Virus record (IMG/VR): IMGVR_UViG_3300011403_000032
Span: 1 to 25,626 of that record
Source: a virus
Lineage: Duplodnaviria > Caudoviricetes
DNA length: 25,626 bases
Reading direction: 5' to 3' (one strand)
This document shows, piece by piece, positions 1 to 9,459 of the stretch. Numbering within the stretch: position 1 is the first letter of the stretch; every line of letters begins with the position of its first letter. Made by a program: the position numbers and the translations under genes. Below the pieces are notes generated by a model. That model saw only the letters and a list, made by a program, of their open reading frames with translations. It did no database searches and had not been told where the DNA came from.

Positions 1-1396
1 GGAGATTCGCCGTGACGATGTTTCCCGGGTTCGTGATCGACGCCCCGTCGAGCGTCACCGTCTTTAGCTCGGTCGGGATGATCCCGAACCCGCCCACCGT
101 CTGGTCCGCCGTCAAGCCTGTGAGCGGCGCGACCTTTACCAGCCGCCCATAGTCCGAGTTGATCACGCCGAGCGGCATCAACGTCGGGACCGCCGCGTAG
201 GTGATCGACGCGTGGGGCACGCCCACGAACACATCGTTCTGTAGCGCGTCCGCCTCGTCGTGGATCGTGAGCGTCACCGACGCCTTCCGATCGACCGACG
301 ACCCGACCAGCCGCGCCGTCGCGAACGTCGCCCACGTGACCCCGCCATCGAGCGACTCCTCGACCAGGACCTTCAACTTCCCGCGTGGCTTTCCGTTCGC
401 GTCGCCGAAGAACGCCGACCACCACCGCTTCAGGTTCGTCAGGGTCCCCGTCCCCGCCACCGGAACCCGGCGATCGAGCAACGTCAGCGTGAGCGACCCG
501 ACGTCGAGCCGGCGCTGCAACAGGTCGATCCGGCCCCGCCGCCCGCGCAGCGGCGCGAGGTATGGCTTATAGCTGGTGGGGGTCTCGTGCACATGCTTAA
601 CGTTCAGCAGCGTGCCGTGGTTACCGATCCCGCTCGCGTCGTTCGCGACGAACCCGTAGCCCTCATCGAACCCCCACCGAAGGATCTCGCTCGCGGTCGA
701 CGTGACGATCCCCCGGAACCGCTCGGCGACCTCCTGCGCAGAGAGGACCCGCCCGTAGATCTTCACGTCGTCGACGGCGCCGATGAGCGCCTGCTGCGCG
801 TCCAATGCCCCGAGGCCGACCGCGTCCTGTTCCTGCCCGATCACGAGACTGCCACCCCCCGTCATCGCGGTCCCGGTCCCCGCCGACGATACCTGCTGCA
901 CGCCGTCGAGGTAGCTCGTGCCCTGACCCGCCGCCGTCCGCGTAAAGACCACGTGGTGCCACCGCCCGTCGACGAGCGTGGCGCTGGTAAAGTTCCCGCC
1001 GCCGGCGCCACCCGCCAGCTCGAACGACACGGTGCCGGGGGCGATGCTGGCGGTAATGAACATCAGGAACATGTTGAAGTTCCCGGCGACCGCATACGAT
1101 ACGATGCCCATGTTGCGTCGCGGATCATCGACGCGGACCCAGAAGTCGAGCGAGAAGTCCCCGGTCGGCCAGGACGCGACGGGGTTCCGCGTGGCGTAGC
1201 TGCTGGTCTCGCCCTCGAGCTCGATCCCGTACCCGACCGGAGCCGTGGCGACGCGGAACCAATCGCGGTGGGCGAGCCCCGCCGGCGGCAGGAGGATCGC
1301 CGTCTCGCTCGGGTTCGACACCCCCGTGAAAATGAGCTCCGAGCGCGGGGCGCGGATCTCCGCCCGATAGATCGGCTTATGCGTTAGCTGCGCCAT
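1..1396 (-). CDS. Tail tip/hub-like virion protein with pentraxin/LamG-like domain (runs off the left edge; not in ORF track)
   Basis: ATG at 1396, 1 nt after the upstream TAA (1398-1400); open to the window edge. Manual translation: MAQLTHKPIYRAEIRAP...FSLDFWVR...DGRWHHVVFTR...YLDGVQQ...GGGSLVIGQEQDAVG...LIGAVDDVKIYGRVLSAQEV...RWGFDEGYGFVANDASGIGNHGTL, then GRIDLLQRRLDVGSLTLTLLD. Position follows the tape measure and Dit-like genes. Confidence 0.85.
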   Translation of the reverse strand, partial: MAQLTHKPIYRAEIRAPRSELIFTGVSNPSETAILLPPAGLAHRDWFRVATAPVGYGIELEGETSSYATRNPVASWPTGDFSLDFWVRVDDPRRNMGIVSYAVAGNFNMFLMFITASIAPGTVSFELAGGAGGGNFTSATLVDGRWHHVVFTRTAAGQGTSYLDGVQQVSSAGTGTAMTGGGSLVIGQEQDAVGLGALDAQQALIGAVDDVKIYGRVLSAQEVAERFRGIVTSTASEILRWGFDEGYGFVANDASGIGNHGTLLNVKHVHETPTSYKPYLAPLRGRRGRIDLLQRRLDVGSLTLTLLDRRVPVAGTGTLTNLKRWWSAFFGDANGKPRGKLKVLVEESLDGGVTWATFATARLVGSSVDRKASVTLTIHDEADALQNDVFVGVPHASITYAAVPTLMPLGVINSDYGRLVKVAPLTGLTADQTVGGFGIIPTELKTVTLDGASITNPGNIVTANL

Positions 1397-1397
1397 G

Positions 1398-3089
1398 TTA
1401 TGCGACCCTCGCGAGGGCGATCGTCGTCACCGCATCGACGTCCCGTCCGGCCTTTACCACCAACAGTCCTTGGTGCGCGTGCCGGATGTTTCCGGCCTGG
1501 GCGCCGACGTTATAGAGCTGATCGAACCACGCATCACCATATGGCGTACCGCTGCCGCTCACCGACGACCCGTCGGCCCCGCCGTTGATCGACCAGCGCA
1601 GCTCGACCTTCCCGTCGGTCCGGCACAGGCCCAACAGCTCGGTCGTCGCGCCGTAGGTCGCATCCACCGACATCCCCGCGCCGAGACCCTGGCCCGCCGC
1701 GTTCCAACGCTCGAAGCTGTATCGACCGACGGTGTTAAAGTTACCGAGCCCTGTGCGCGCCATCCCCGCGAAACCGATCGTGCCGCACCGACCCAGCGAC
1801 ACCGTCTTCCAGGCGCCGCCCAGCTCGATGAACTTTCGGTATTGCCAAAAGGGCTGCGGCTTCCACGGCCACGGGACGATCAGCTCCTCGGACGCGCGGG
1901 ACGCGCCGCCGACCGGATAGCTCGTCGGGGGTTCGTTCTCGTCGGCGTACGCGCCCCACGCATACAGGCCGCTGGTCCCGTCGCCCGTGTAGGTGAAGTT
2001 ACCGCCGGCGTCAGCCAAGCGGATGATCACCGACACGGTCGTCGACGACGCGTCCGCGATCCCCTGGAATAGTACACGGTGCCAGCCCGAGTAAGACGAC
2101 TGGACCGTCGGCGCGATCGTCAGAGCCCCGAGCCCGGCGACGTGGTTCGAAAGGATCGCGCCGGTCGTCAGGTTGATGTCTGCGCCGAACTCATCGGCGC
2201 CGTCGCCGGTCCCGGCCGACACATACACGAGGGCCCGGGTCCGTTGGGCCGCCTTCAGGTGAACAGAAAAGCTGACCTTCGATCCGGCGGCGATCGTCAA
2301 CGTCTGGTACACGTAGTGCGACGAGGTCCCGGTATCCTCGATGATCTTATCGGCCGCGACCGCGCGCGTCGGTGCGAAGATAAAGTTACCCGTGACGCCC
2401 GTAAGCCCGATCTTCACCCAGGCGGCGTTCGTCAGATCCTCGGGGAACGTCAACCGGTTCGTACCGACGCCCTCGAGCCGGTTCGTTCGACTATCACTGT
2501 TGTTGCTGATCAGATAGTCGTGGTCCCGCAGCAGGCCCATTTTGACCTCGTGAAGCTGATCGCCCTTCACGAGGTTCGGCACGCCGTCCCGCCGGTGGCG
2601 CTTGCTCGTGGCCGTGTATGCCCACGACGTCGGCAGTGGCATCCCCGGCGCGTAGTCCATGAACAGCTTTCGCCGCGCGAGCGAGAAGTCGTAGCCCGGG
2701 TTGCGGATCACCACGGGGAGGCGGCGCCGGTCGTCCGGCTCGAGCGCGCCCGCGACGCCCTCGTCGGTCGGCGCGCCCAGGTAGCAGCCATCGACCCAGA
2801 AGTCAGGAAAGATCGCGTCGGGGACGTAACGGAAGGTCTTCTTCTCGCGCGCCCAATCGAGGAACGCCTGGGCGCCTGACGGACCCGACCACACGTCGTT
2901 CCCGAGCCAGCGCAGATCGCCCGTCAGCTCCTCATCGTAGCCGACGGTCCACGCATCCTCGACCCCCGGCGCGCCCGAACGTTCCTGCTCCGACCCGGCG
3001 CGCAGGCGCCGGCTCGAGGCCGGCGCGTCGATCCGCTCGAACTCCAGGACGTTCTCCAGGCCCGGTCCCCACAGGATCCTCCCGCTCAT
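1398..3089 (-). CDS. Minor tail protein (distal-tail-like N-terminus plus carbohydrate-binding/fibre-like domain), paralog 2
   Basis: 563 aa, ATGA overlap with the upstream gene. Internal TNRLTFPEDLTNAAW...ADKIIED...Y.WGA motif typical of phage fibre/CBM-like modules. N-terminus is homologous to 3086..4804. Confidence 0.8.
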   Translation of the reverse strand: MSGRILWGPGLENVLEFERIDAPASSRRLRAGSEQERSGAPGVEDAWTVGYDEELTGDLRWLGNDVWSGPSGAQAFLDWAREKKTFRYVPDAIFPDFWVDGCYLGAPTDEGVAGALEPDDRRRLPVVIRNPGYDFSLARRKLFMDYAPGMPLPTSWAYTATSKRHRRDGVPNLVKGDQLHEVKMGLLRDHDYLISNNSDSRTNRLEGVGTNRLTFPEDLTNAAWVKIGLTGVTGNFIFAPTRAVAADKIIEDTGTSSHYVYQTLTIAAGSKVSFSVHLKAAQRTRALVYVSAGTGDGADEFGADINLTTGAILSNHVAGLGALTIAPTVQSSYSGWHRVLFQGIADASSTTVSVIIRLADAGGNFTYTGDGTSGLYAWGAYADENEPPTSYPVGGASRASEELIVPWPWKPQPFWQYRKFIELGGAWKTVSLGRCGTIGFAGMARTGLGNFNTVGRYSFERWNAAGQGLGAGMSVDATYGATTELLGLCRTDGKVELRWSINGGADGSSVSGSGTPYGDAWFDQLYNVGAQAGNIRHAHQGLLVVKAGRDVDAVTTIALARVA

Positions 3090-4804
3090 ACGTCCCTCGC
3101 CTGTGCCAGCGTCGTAACCCCCGGAGCGAACCCGGCCTTAAGTCGGATGAGACCCGCCTTCGCCCCGCCGAACACCTGCAGGCGACGCGCCAGGACCGTG
3201 GAACTCAGCGCGAACCCGCCCGACCCGCTGAACACGGTCGCCGCGCCGCCGTTGATCGCCTGGTGCAGCTCCACGTTCCCGTTCGCGAAGACCCGCCCAT
3301 ACAGCTCCACCGTGTCGTTTACGGCGGGCGTGACGTTCGCGATCCCTGCTGATTGGTTGGTCCCGTTCGTCGTCCAGTTGAACCGCCAGAACGGGCTCGA
3401 CCCGCCGGTCCCGCTGCCCGTCATCAAACGGATCGACGGGTTCACCCCGGGCGTCCCGAGGCGCAGCAGGTCCCCAAAGTTAGCGACCCGCGCCTCGCCG
3501 AGCTCCACAAACTTCGCGTAGAACCAGCCGGCCTGCAGCGTCCACGGCCAATAGTACTCGAGCAGATCCGTGTTCTTCGACGCGATCGCGCTGGTCGTTG
3601 GTATGTAGGCGCTGCACGTGACCGGGACAGTCGTGCTGCCGCTGCGCTCGAACTGAACGCCCCACGCATACATCCCCTTGACGACGTCGCCGAGATACGA
3701 CTCGTTGCCAGAGTCGTCGTGAACGGCCCAGATGAAGTTCGCGGTCGTGAACCCGCCGCCGAGCTTCCCCTCGAGCTCCAACCGGAACCAGCCGTTGCCG
3801 AGCGAAACGATCCGCGCCGCCGAGAGCACGGCACCGGTTCCCGACGCCGACGACGCCGTGATCGTCGCTGTGTCCAGGCGCACCGTCATCGTGACCTGGT
3901 TCGCGAGCGTCGGGTCGCGGAACAGGAACCGACCGCGGAACCGCTCGCCGGCCTTCAGGTAGATCGACGCGGCGATCCACTCGTCGGCGGTCACCGTGAT
4001 CGACTGCGTCATGAAGTGGGCGTTCGTGGTCGCGACCTCGACCAGCTTATCTGCCGTCGTCGCGCCGTCCGGCGCGGCCGTCGCGTTCGCGCTTACGGTG
4101 AGCTGTGACTTCGACCACGTCGCGTTATCCAGCTCCTCCGATCGGAGGCAGTGGTTCGTGACGACCGCCTCCCCGAGGATCGTCCGTGTCGTACCGACGT
4201 AGTGCCGGTCACGGAAGACATCGACGCCCGACGCCGCGACCCCCAACAGGGCCGTGTGGTACCGGCCGCTCGATCCGCCCCGAGAGAACGCGCCGCGCGG
4301 CGGATCGGTCAGGTCCGATCCGGTTCCGAGGTCGAGCCCGAGGCCGCGCAGCGCCCACCCGAAGTCCATGTGCGACGACCGGATGACCACGGGGACGCGC
4401 CGGGTCCCGTCGCGCTCCTGCGTGGGCTCGTCGTCGATCGGCGCGGCCAGGTAGCAGTCGTCGACCCAGAAGTCGGGCACCGTCTTATCGGGAACGTATT
4501 GAAACCGGCGCTTGTCGCGCGCCCACGCCAGGAAGGCCTGCACGCCCGTCGGGCCCGACCACCCGGTCTGCGCGACCGGCGACGTCCGGTCCGCGAGGTC
4601 GACGAACCCCAGCTCACCGGCGAGCTGATACTCGCCGCGTCCGCCCGGGACCCACGCGTCCTCCTCGCCGCCCGGGGACTGGACAGTCTCATAACCGGGC
4701 AGCGGCGGACGCGACGTGATGGCGTCGCGCAGCGGCCACCCGGCCACGAGCGTGTTCTCCAGCCCGTCTCCCCACTTAATGGCCGGCGCGTTCCGCGTCA
4801 GCAT
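3086..4804 (-). CDS. Minor tail protein (distal-tail-like N-terminus plus carbohydrate-binding/fibre-like domain), paralog 1
   Basis: 572 aa immediately after the tape measure gene (TGATG overlap). Contains TNHCLRSEELDNATW...APDGATTADKLVE...LGNGWFR...YAWGVQFE...SAYIPTTS. Confidence 0.82.
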   Translation of the reverse strand: MLTRNAPAIKWGDGLENTLVAGWPLRDAITSRPPLPGYETVQSPGGEEDAWVPGGRGEYQLAGELGFVDLADRTSPVAQTGWSGPTGVQAFLAWARDKRRFQYVPDKTVPDFWVDDCYLAAPIDDEPTQERDGTRRVPVVIRSSHMDFGWALRGLGLDLGTGSDLTDPPRGAFSRGGSSGRYHTALLGVAASGVDVFRDRHYVGTTRTILGEAVVTNHCLRSEELDNATWSKSQLTVSANATAAPDGATTADKLVEVATTNAHFMTQSITVTADEWIAASIYLKAGERFRGRFLFRDPTLANQVTMTVRLDTATITASSASGTGAVLSAARIVSLGNGWFRLELEGKLGGGFTTANFIWAVHDDSGNESYLGDVVKGMYAWGVQFERSGSTTVPVTCSAYIPTTSAIASKNTDLLEYYWPWTLQAGWFYAKFVELGEARVANFGDLLRLGTPGVNPSIRLMTGSGTGGSSPFWRFNWTTNGTNQSAGIANVTPAVNDTVELYGRVFANGNVELHQAINGGAATVFSGSGGFALSSTVLARRLQVFGGAKAGLIRLKAGFAPGVTTLAQARDV

Positions 4805-6861
4805 CAGCCTTCCTCCTGGTCCGCCGACTGCCGGATGATCACCTTCCGGTCCGTGAGCGTCTCGAGCGCGGCCGCGAGCGCGTCCGCCTGATCGGGGTTC
4901 GACATGTCGAGGAGCCCGCCCTCGATCACCAGGACGGAGGGCGGTTCCTCACGCGTGACCTCGGCCGTCTGGCGTTCGGCGGCCGCCGATCCGCCGGCGC
5001 CCCCGCCACCGCCCGACGACTTATTGGCCATCCCGCCGAGGACGCCCGACAACGCGAACATCGCCACGGCCGCGGCCGTGAACTTCGCGGCCGCCGCGAA
5101 CCCGCCGGCCGACTGCCCCGTGAGCACCGACGACGGCAGCAGGGCCTCGGCGATCGCCGCCGCCGCCCGCACGAGGAAGTATTGCCCGAACCCCTGGGCC
5201 ACGGCCGCCAACGCCGACAGCATCGCCGACGCGAACGCTTGACCGGCGGACTGCGACCCGTCGACCATCGCGGCGAACGCGTCCGTGATCGCCTGCCCGA
5301 ACGCCGCAAAGGTCTGCATTGCCATATCGGCCACGACCTGGTTCAGCGATCCGGCGGCCTTCTCGGCCGCGCGGGCGGACTTCACGAACGCCTCGCCGAG
5401 CCCGATCGCCTTCACGCCGGACGTATCGAACGTCAGCCCGACGGCGGCGGCGGCCCCGCGCAGCCCATCGACGACGCTCCGGAACTGTTCGAGGTCCGGT
5501 CCGGAGAGACCCGATCCCGGCTCAAGCAGCTTCGCCATCGCCGGGCCGAGCGTCGCGAGCGTCGCGGCGAACGCGGTCGTGCTGATCGCGTTCTGGTCGA
5601 ATTGACGCTGCAACGATTGGGCCTGCGCGGCGAGTCGCTTCGACAGGGCGACCGGGTCCTCGCCGGTCTGGCGCGGGCCGAGGTTCCGTCCGCCCCCGCG
5701 CTTGCTAATATCGAACGCCGCCGCCGGCAGCGGCTCAGCCTTCATCGCGACGGCGACGTCGTGCCACGCCGCCCCGATGTTCGAGATGGAGTCGCGGATG
5801 TCCTGCGCGTCGGTCTGCAGCGCCTCCTTCGCGTCGGCCAGCGCCTGGTCGACCTCGCCCATCAGGATCGGCGACAGGAGCGGGATGTCGATCGGGCTGA
5901 TCTTGTTGAAGACCTTCAGGAGGTCGTTCACGAACCCGACGACCTCGTTGTACAAGGCCTGGAAGTTTCGCTTACCCGAGATGGCGATGATTCGGAAGAC
6001 GCCACCGATCACCTGGCCGGCGTTGAAGAAGAACTTGATGACGTTCCCGAATGTGACGGCCAGCGCCTTCAGGATCGCGAAGACGACCTTACCCCACTTC
6101 ACCCACGTCCCCATGTTCGTCCGGATCTTCTCGTTCAACCCGGCGATCTTCGACGCGAGCGACTCCTGGCCGGACCCGAGGTTCAGCGACTCGACAATGA
6201 TCTGACCGAACGTCTCCTTCACCTCATCGATCTGGTTCTTCGCCTGCGCGAACTGCCCCATCAGTGATTGGGTCGACTCGACCGCGATCTGGAAGAACGG
6301 TCGCGTCTTCGCCATGATCTGGTTGAACCGGTCCTGCTGCGTCGCCGTCGTGTCGATCGAGATGCCGAGCCGGCCGAGCGCGTTCATCTCGCCGGACAGC
6401 GTCTTCCCGAGCTGGACCGCCGCGCCCTCGACGTCCGTCCCCAGGACCTGGGCCAACCCGATCGCCGCCTGCTGCATCTCCGCGATCTGGTCCGTCGTCA
6501 GCTCCTTCGCGAACGACGCCACGGTGGCCGACGCCGCGAGCGCGGCCTCGTCCGACACCGTGGTCAGGCGCTGCATCTCCTGGGCCATGCGCTGGATGCG
6601 CGCCGATCCCTCCTCGGTGTATCGGCCCGTCACGCGCAGGGCAGCGTTCAGCTTCACGACCGCGTTCTCCTGGGCGGCGAACGCGCCGACCAGGTCCCGT
6701 CCCAGCTTCTGAACGATCACCGCCGCGACCGCGAGGGCGGCCGTCTTCAGCGAAAAGATCTGATCCTTGAGCCCGCGCAGCCCGTTCCCGACGGAACGGA
6801 TCGCGCCGAGCCCAGTGGACCCGACCTTGATCAGGATCGAAACGACGGACGATCGTGCCAT
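4804..6861 (-). CDS. Tail tape measure protein
   Basis: 685 aa, Ala-rich and helical with hydrophobic segments. Contains AVQLGKTLSGEMNALGRLGI and lies directly after the tail chaperones. Confidence 0.92.
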   Translation of the reverse strand: MARSSVVSILIKVGSTGLGAIRSVGNGLRGLKDQIFSLKTAALAVAAVIVQKLGRDLVGAFAAQENAVVKLNAALRVTGRYTEEGSARIQRMAQEMQRLTTVSDEAALAASATVASFAKELTTDQIAEMQQAAIGLAQVLGTDVEGAAVQLGKTLSGEMNALGRLGISIDTTATQQDRFNQIMAKTRPFFQIAVESTQSLMGQFAQAKNQIDEVKETFGQIIVESLNLGSGQESLASKIAGLNEKIRTNMGTWVKWGKVVFAILKALAVTFGNVIKFFFNAGQVIGGVFRIIAISGKRNFQALYNEVVGFVNDLLKVFNKISPIDIPLLSPILMGEVDQALADAKEALQTDAQDIRDSISNIGAAWHDVAVAMKAEPLPAAAFDISKRGGGRNLGPRQTGEDPVALSKRLAAQAQSLQRQFDQNAISTTAFAATLATLGPAMAKLLEPGSGLSGPDLEQFRSVVDGLRGAAAAVGLTFDTSGVKAIGLGEAFVKSARAAEKAAGSLNQVVADMAMQTFAAFGQAITDAFAAMVDGSQSAGQAFASAMLSALAAVAQGFGQYFLVRAAAAIAEALLPSSVLTGQSAGGFAAAAKFTAAAVAMFALSGVLGGMANKSSGGGGGAGGSAAAERQTAEVTREEPPSVLVIEGGLLDMSNPDQADALAAALETLTDRKVIIRQSADQEEG

Positions 6862-6862
6862 C

Positions 6863-7240
6863 TTACTCTCCCATCTCCGTTATCTCCGGATATGCCCGGC
6901 GAATCAGCGACCGCTGCGCGGCGCGAACCTTCGGGTCTTTGCCCTGTCGGGCCATCGCGTAGCCGAGCGCGGTCGACCGCGCCCCGCCCAGCTCATCAAC
7001 GGCGTCGACGGCATCGATCGTCCCCACGAGCAATCCGAACAGCCGGTGCGGGATCACGCCGTCGCGCGTCTGCCAGCGCGCCGGGTCGTGATACCACCCG
7101 GGCCACGCGCGCTGGAAACGGGCTAGGACCCAGCCCCAGGGGAGCCGGCGCCGGGGGCCGCGATCCCGAGCAACATCAGCGTCTTCGGCCCAAGGGTCGG
7201 CGGTTCCATCCCGAGCGCCGTCCCTTGGGACTGCATAAAA
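6863..7240 (-). CDS. Tail assembly chaperone, downstream (gpT-like) frame, probably made by -1 frameshift; 5' boundary uncertain
   Basis: Open frame ...LPWGWVLARFQRAWPGWYHDP...RRAYPEITEMGE overlaps the end of 7123..7536 in the -1 frame. It has no good start codon of its own near the overlap and ends 1 nt before the TMP start. Confidence 0.6.
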   Translation of the reverse strand, partial: FYAVPRDGARDGTADPWAEDADVARDRGPRRRLPWGWVLARFQRAWPGWYHDPARWQTRDGVIPHRLFGLLVGTIDAVDAVDELGGARSTALGYAMARQGKDPKVRAAQRSLIRRAYPEITEMGE

Positions 7241-7536
7241 CTGTACACGGCCCTGAGCTGTCCGACCGGCGGCAGCCGGTTCACGTACCACCAGCACGGA
7301 CGCCAGAACCGCCGGCGCCAGAACGCGAACCCGCGCGGGAAGAACTCGCGGGTCAGGTCGCGCAGCAGGTCGCGGAGCGCGGGCCACGCGAGCTCGCCCC
7401 GGGACGCCGCCTGCATCCGCACCTCGTAAGGCTGCCACTCGTCGACGGACAAGAGCCGCCCAATGAACCGGGTCCCGTCGACGGCGATGAACTCGGGCGG
7501 CCGCGTGGCCGCCATATAAGCGATGGAGTCGAACAC
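7123..7536 (-). CDS. Tail assembly chaperone (gpG-like)
   Basis: 137 aa between tail tube and tape measure. GTG start preceded by AGGTGA. Confidence 0.72.
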   Translation of the reverse strand: MFDSIAYMAATRPPEFIAVDGTRFIGRLLSVDEWQPYEVRMQAASRGELAWPALRDLLRDLTREFFPRGFAFWRRRFWRPCWWYVNRLPPVGQLRAVYSFMQSQGTALGMEPPTLGPKTLMLLGIAAPGAGSPGAGS

Positions 7537-7564
7537 GATGTCACCTGCTGCGGAGGGGTGGTGC

Positions 7565-7590
7565 GGGGCCGGCCCGGACGGGCCGGCCCC
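7565..7590 (-). terminator. Perfect 11-bp GC hairpin after the tail tube gene (terminator or mRNA-stabilising stem; no U-tract)
   Basis: GGGGCCGGCCC-GGAC-GGGCCGGCCCC (+ strand) in the tube-chaperone intergenic region. Confidence 0.55.
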
Positions 7591-7618
7591 TGGAGAACGC
7601 GGCGTTATCCCTGGTTCG

Positions 7619-8638
7619 TCAATCGAACACGATGTTGAAGTCGTCGTCGAGGATCGGGGTCGACACGTGCGGCGTGAAGGTCAGCGTCCACGTGGCGGTC
7701 GCCCCGTCGTCGCCGTCCTCGACCGAGGTCAGCGTGCACTGGGGGAAGTTGATCTTGTAGCGCTTGTATTGGACGGTTCCGACGGCGATCGAAACCACGA
7801 CGACGTTCTTGTCGTCGACCATCTTATACGGGTTGAACGTCGTGCCCGTGTACCACGGGGTCGACGTATGCAGGGCGACCGCCTCGATCACCACCTCGAG
7901 CGACGGCGCCCGGTCGCCCGGCGTGAACCCGCTGTGCGGGTCCGCCCCGGACTGGTCCGCCCGGGGGTGCAGCTCCCGGCCGAGCGTAAAGGTAAATGAG
8001 CGCACCTTCCCGGTCGTGAACGGCGTACCGGTCCCGATCGAGAACGCGATCGACACCGCCTTGGGCGGCAGGTTCGTGACGGCCGGATACGTGATGGCCG
8101 GCAGCGCCGCGTCGGTCGGGATCGTCCCGATACCCTGCAGCTCGAAGGCCCACGTCGGAACGACGAGCCCGTCGGCCGAGATCGAGAACGTCGCATACAC
8201 CCCGCGACCGGGGTGCTTCTGACCGTTCACATACGCCTCGACCGTCGCCGAGTCGAACCCGGTCGGGCCGGACTCCGGCGAGTAGGTGTACTTCTCGGAC
8301 CCGCCGGTGAACGACCCGAGGGCCTCCATCCCGGAGATCCGCAGGGCCGTGTGGACGCCCGGGGGAACGTTCGGCGCCGAGTAGGCCGCGCCGAACCCGA
8401 CCGGCTCCATCTCCGCCGTCATGGAAAAGCCGAGGCCCGACGGGACCACCGGCTGCATCTTCCCGCCCGATCCGGGCGCGCGACCGCGCGACCCGTCGTT
8501 CAGATACTCGGTGGCCGGTTCCGGTCGGGTCGCGAGCTGCAGCCCATCCGCGCCGGCCGTGAGGGCGATGGCCGTGCCATACGTCGACTCGACCTTCGCC
8601 ATGAACCCGTACTTTGTGTTCGGCTTGGGAGCAGACAT
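7619..8638 (-). CDS. Major tail tube protein
   Basis: 339 aa. N-terminal KVESTYGT motif and C-terminal INFPQCTL...DGDDG...WTLTFTP are typical of phage tube proteins. GGAGGG RBS; expected position. Confidence 0.88.
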   Translation of the reverse strand: MSAPKPNTKYGFMAKVESTYGTAIALTAGADGLQLATRPEPATEYLNDGSRGRAPGSGGKMQPVVPSGLGFSMTAEMEPVGFGAAYSAPNVPPGVHTALRISGMEALGSFTGGSEKYTYSPESGPTGFDSATVEAYVNGQKHPGRGVYATFSISADGLVVPTWAFELQGIGTIPTDAALPAITYPAVTNLPPKAVSIAFSIGTGTPFTTGKVRSFTFTLGRELHPRADQSGADPHSGFTPGDRAPSLEVVIEAVALHTSTPWYTGTTFNPYKMVDDKNVVVVSIAVGTVQYKRYKINFPQCTLTSVEDGDDGATATWTLTFTPHVSTPILDDDFNIVFD

Positions 8639-8641
8639 CGG

Positions 8642-8902
8642 TTAACCCTCCACGACGGCATCGACCGCCGTCGGTTCGGACCAATGCTTCTGGCACTGGG
8701 CGAAGTAGAACTGCGACACCGCCTCCGGCCCGTTCTTCTCGACCTCGGGCGGGACGGTCACACGAACATATCCGACGCCCTCGGCGTGGGCGGCGACCGC
8801 GGCCACGGCGCCTTCGCGCTCGACCGGGGTCTTCGCCTCGCGCATGCGCTCGGCGAGCGCGGGCGGCGTCGGTTCCCGCTGGATCATGAAGTGCAGGCTC
8901 AT
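8642..8902 (-). CDS. Small hypothetical protein (86 aa, MSLHFMIQREP...)
   Basis: C-terminal part of track ORF 8642..9274. ATG at 8902 with AAGGAG 10 nt upstream; fills the gap between the tail terminator-like gene and the tube gene. Confidence 0.7.
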   Translation of the reverse strand: MSLHFMIQREPTPPALAERMREAKTPVEREGAVAAVAAHAEGVGYVRVTVPPEVEKNGPEAVSQFYFAQCQKHWSEPTAVDAVVEG

Positions 8903-8916
8903 CGGGTCATATCTCC

Positions 8917-9459
8917 TTACGACGGGTTGGTCAACGGCGCCAGGTCGCGCAGATCGAACTCGAGGATCAACGCGCCCGCGACGGCCGCCTCGCCGACCGT
9001 CTCTCGTGCCGGGACATAGGTCACCTTCCGCAGGAACCGCAGCTCGACGTAGTTCCGAACCTGGTCGGCCTCGTTCGCCTGCTCCATCAGCTCCATCACC
9101 GACCGCTGCGCGGCGCGCAGTGTGTAGTCCCCCGCGTTCATCGCCTTCGCCAGGTCGTGTCCGCCGGCGACATAGCGGATCGTCACCGCGACGGTCTCGG
9201 CCGTGTCGCGATACGTCCCCGTCATCTGTTCGCCGTCGACCGCGACCGGGCCCTCGTCGATCACGTATAGGCACGGGATCTTCGGCGGTTCGCTCCGGTT
9301 CACAACGTGGTCGTCGCGCGTGATGTCATAGACCGCAACGATCGCCGCCGGCAGGTCGTCGCCCTCGTCGCGCGGAACCCCGGGCAGCTTCGCGTTCACG
9401 CCCCGGGTCGGGTGCACCAACGCCGCGACGATCATCCGCACCAGCTCGAGCCGCATCAT
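8917..9459 (-). CDS. Tail terminator / tail completion-like protein (180 aa)
   Basis: Start MMRLELV at 9459 overlaps the upstream stop (ATGA). Contains a P.IP.LYV motif and lies before the tube gene. Confidence 0.65.
   Translation of the reverse strand: MMRLELVRMIVAALVHPTRGVNAKLPGVPRDEGDDLPAAIVAVYDITRDDHVVNRSEPPKIPCLYVIDEGPVAVDGEQMTGTYRDTAETVAVTIRYVAGGHDLAKAMNAGDYTLRAAQRSVMELMEQANEADQVRNYVELRFLRKVTYVPARETVGEAAVAGALILEFDLRDLAPLTNPS

Noticed and set aside
8899-8910. ATG-ACC-CGA-TGA mini-ORF overlapping the 8902 start
   Set aside because: Its ATG is only 2 nt from the SD, too close for efficient initiation; probably chance.
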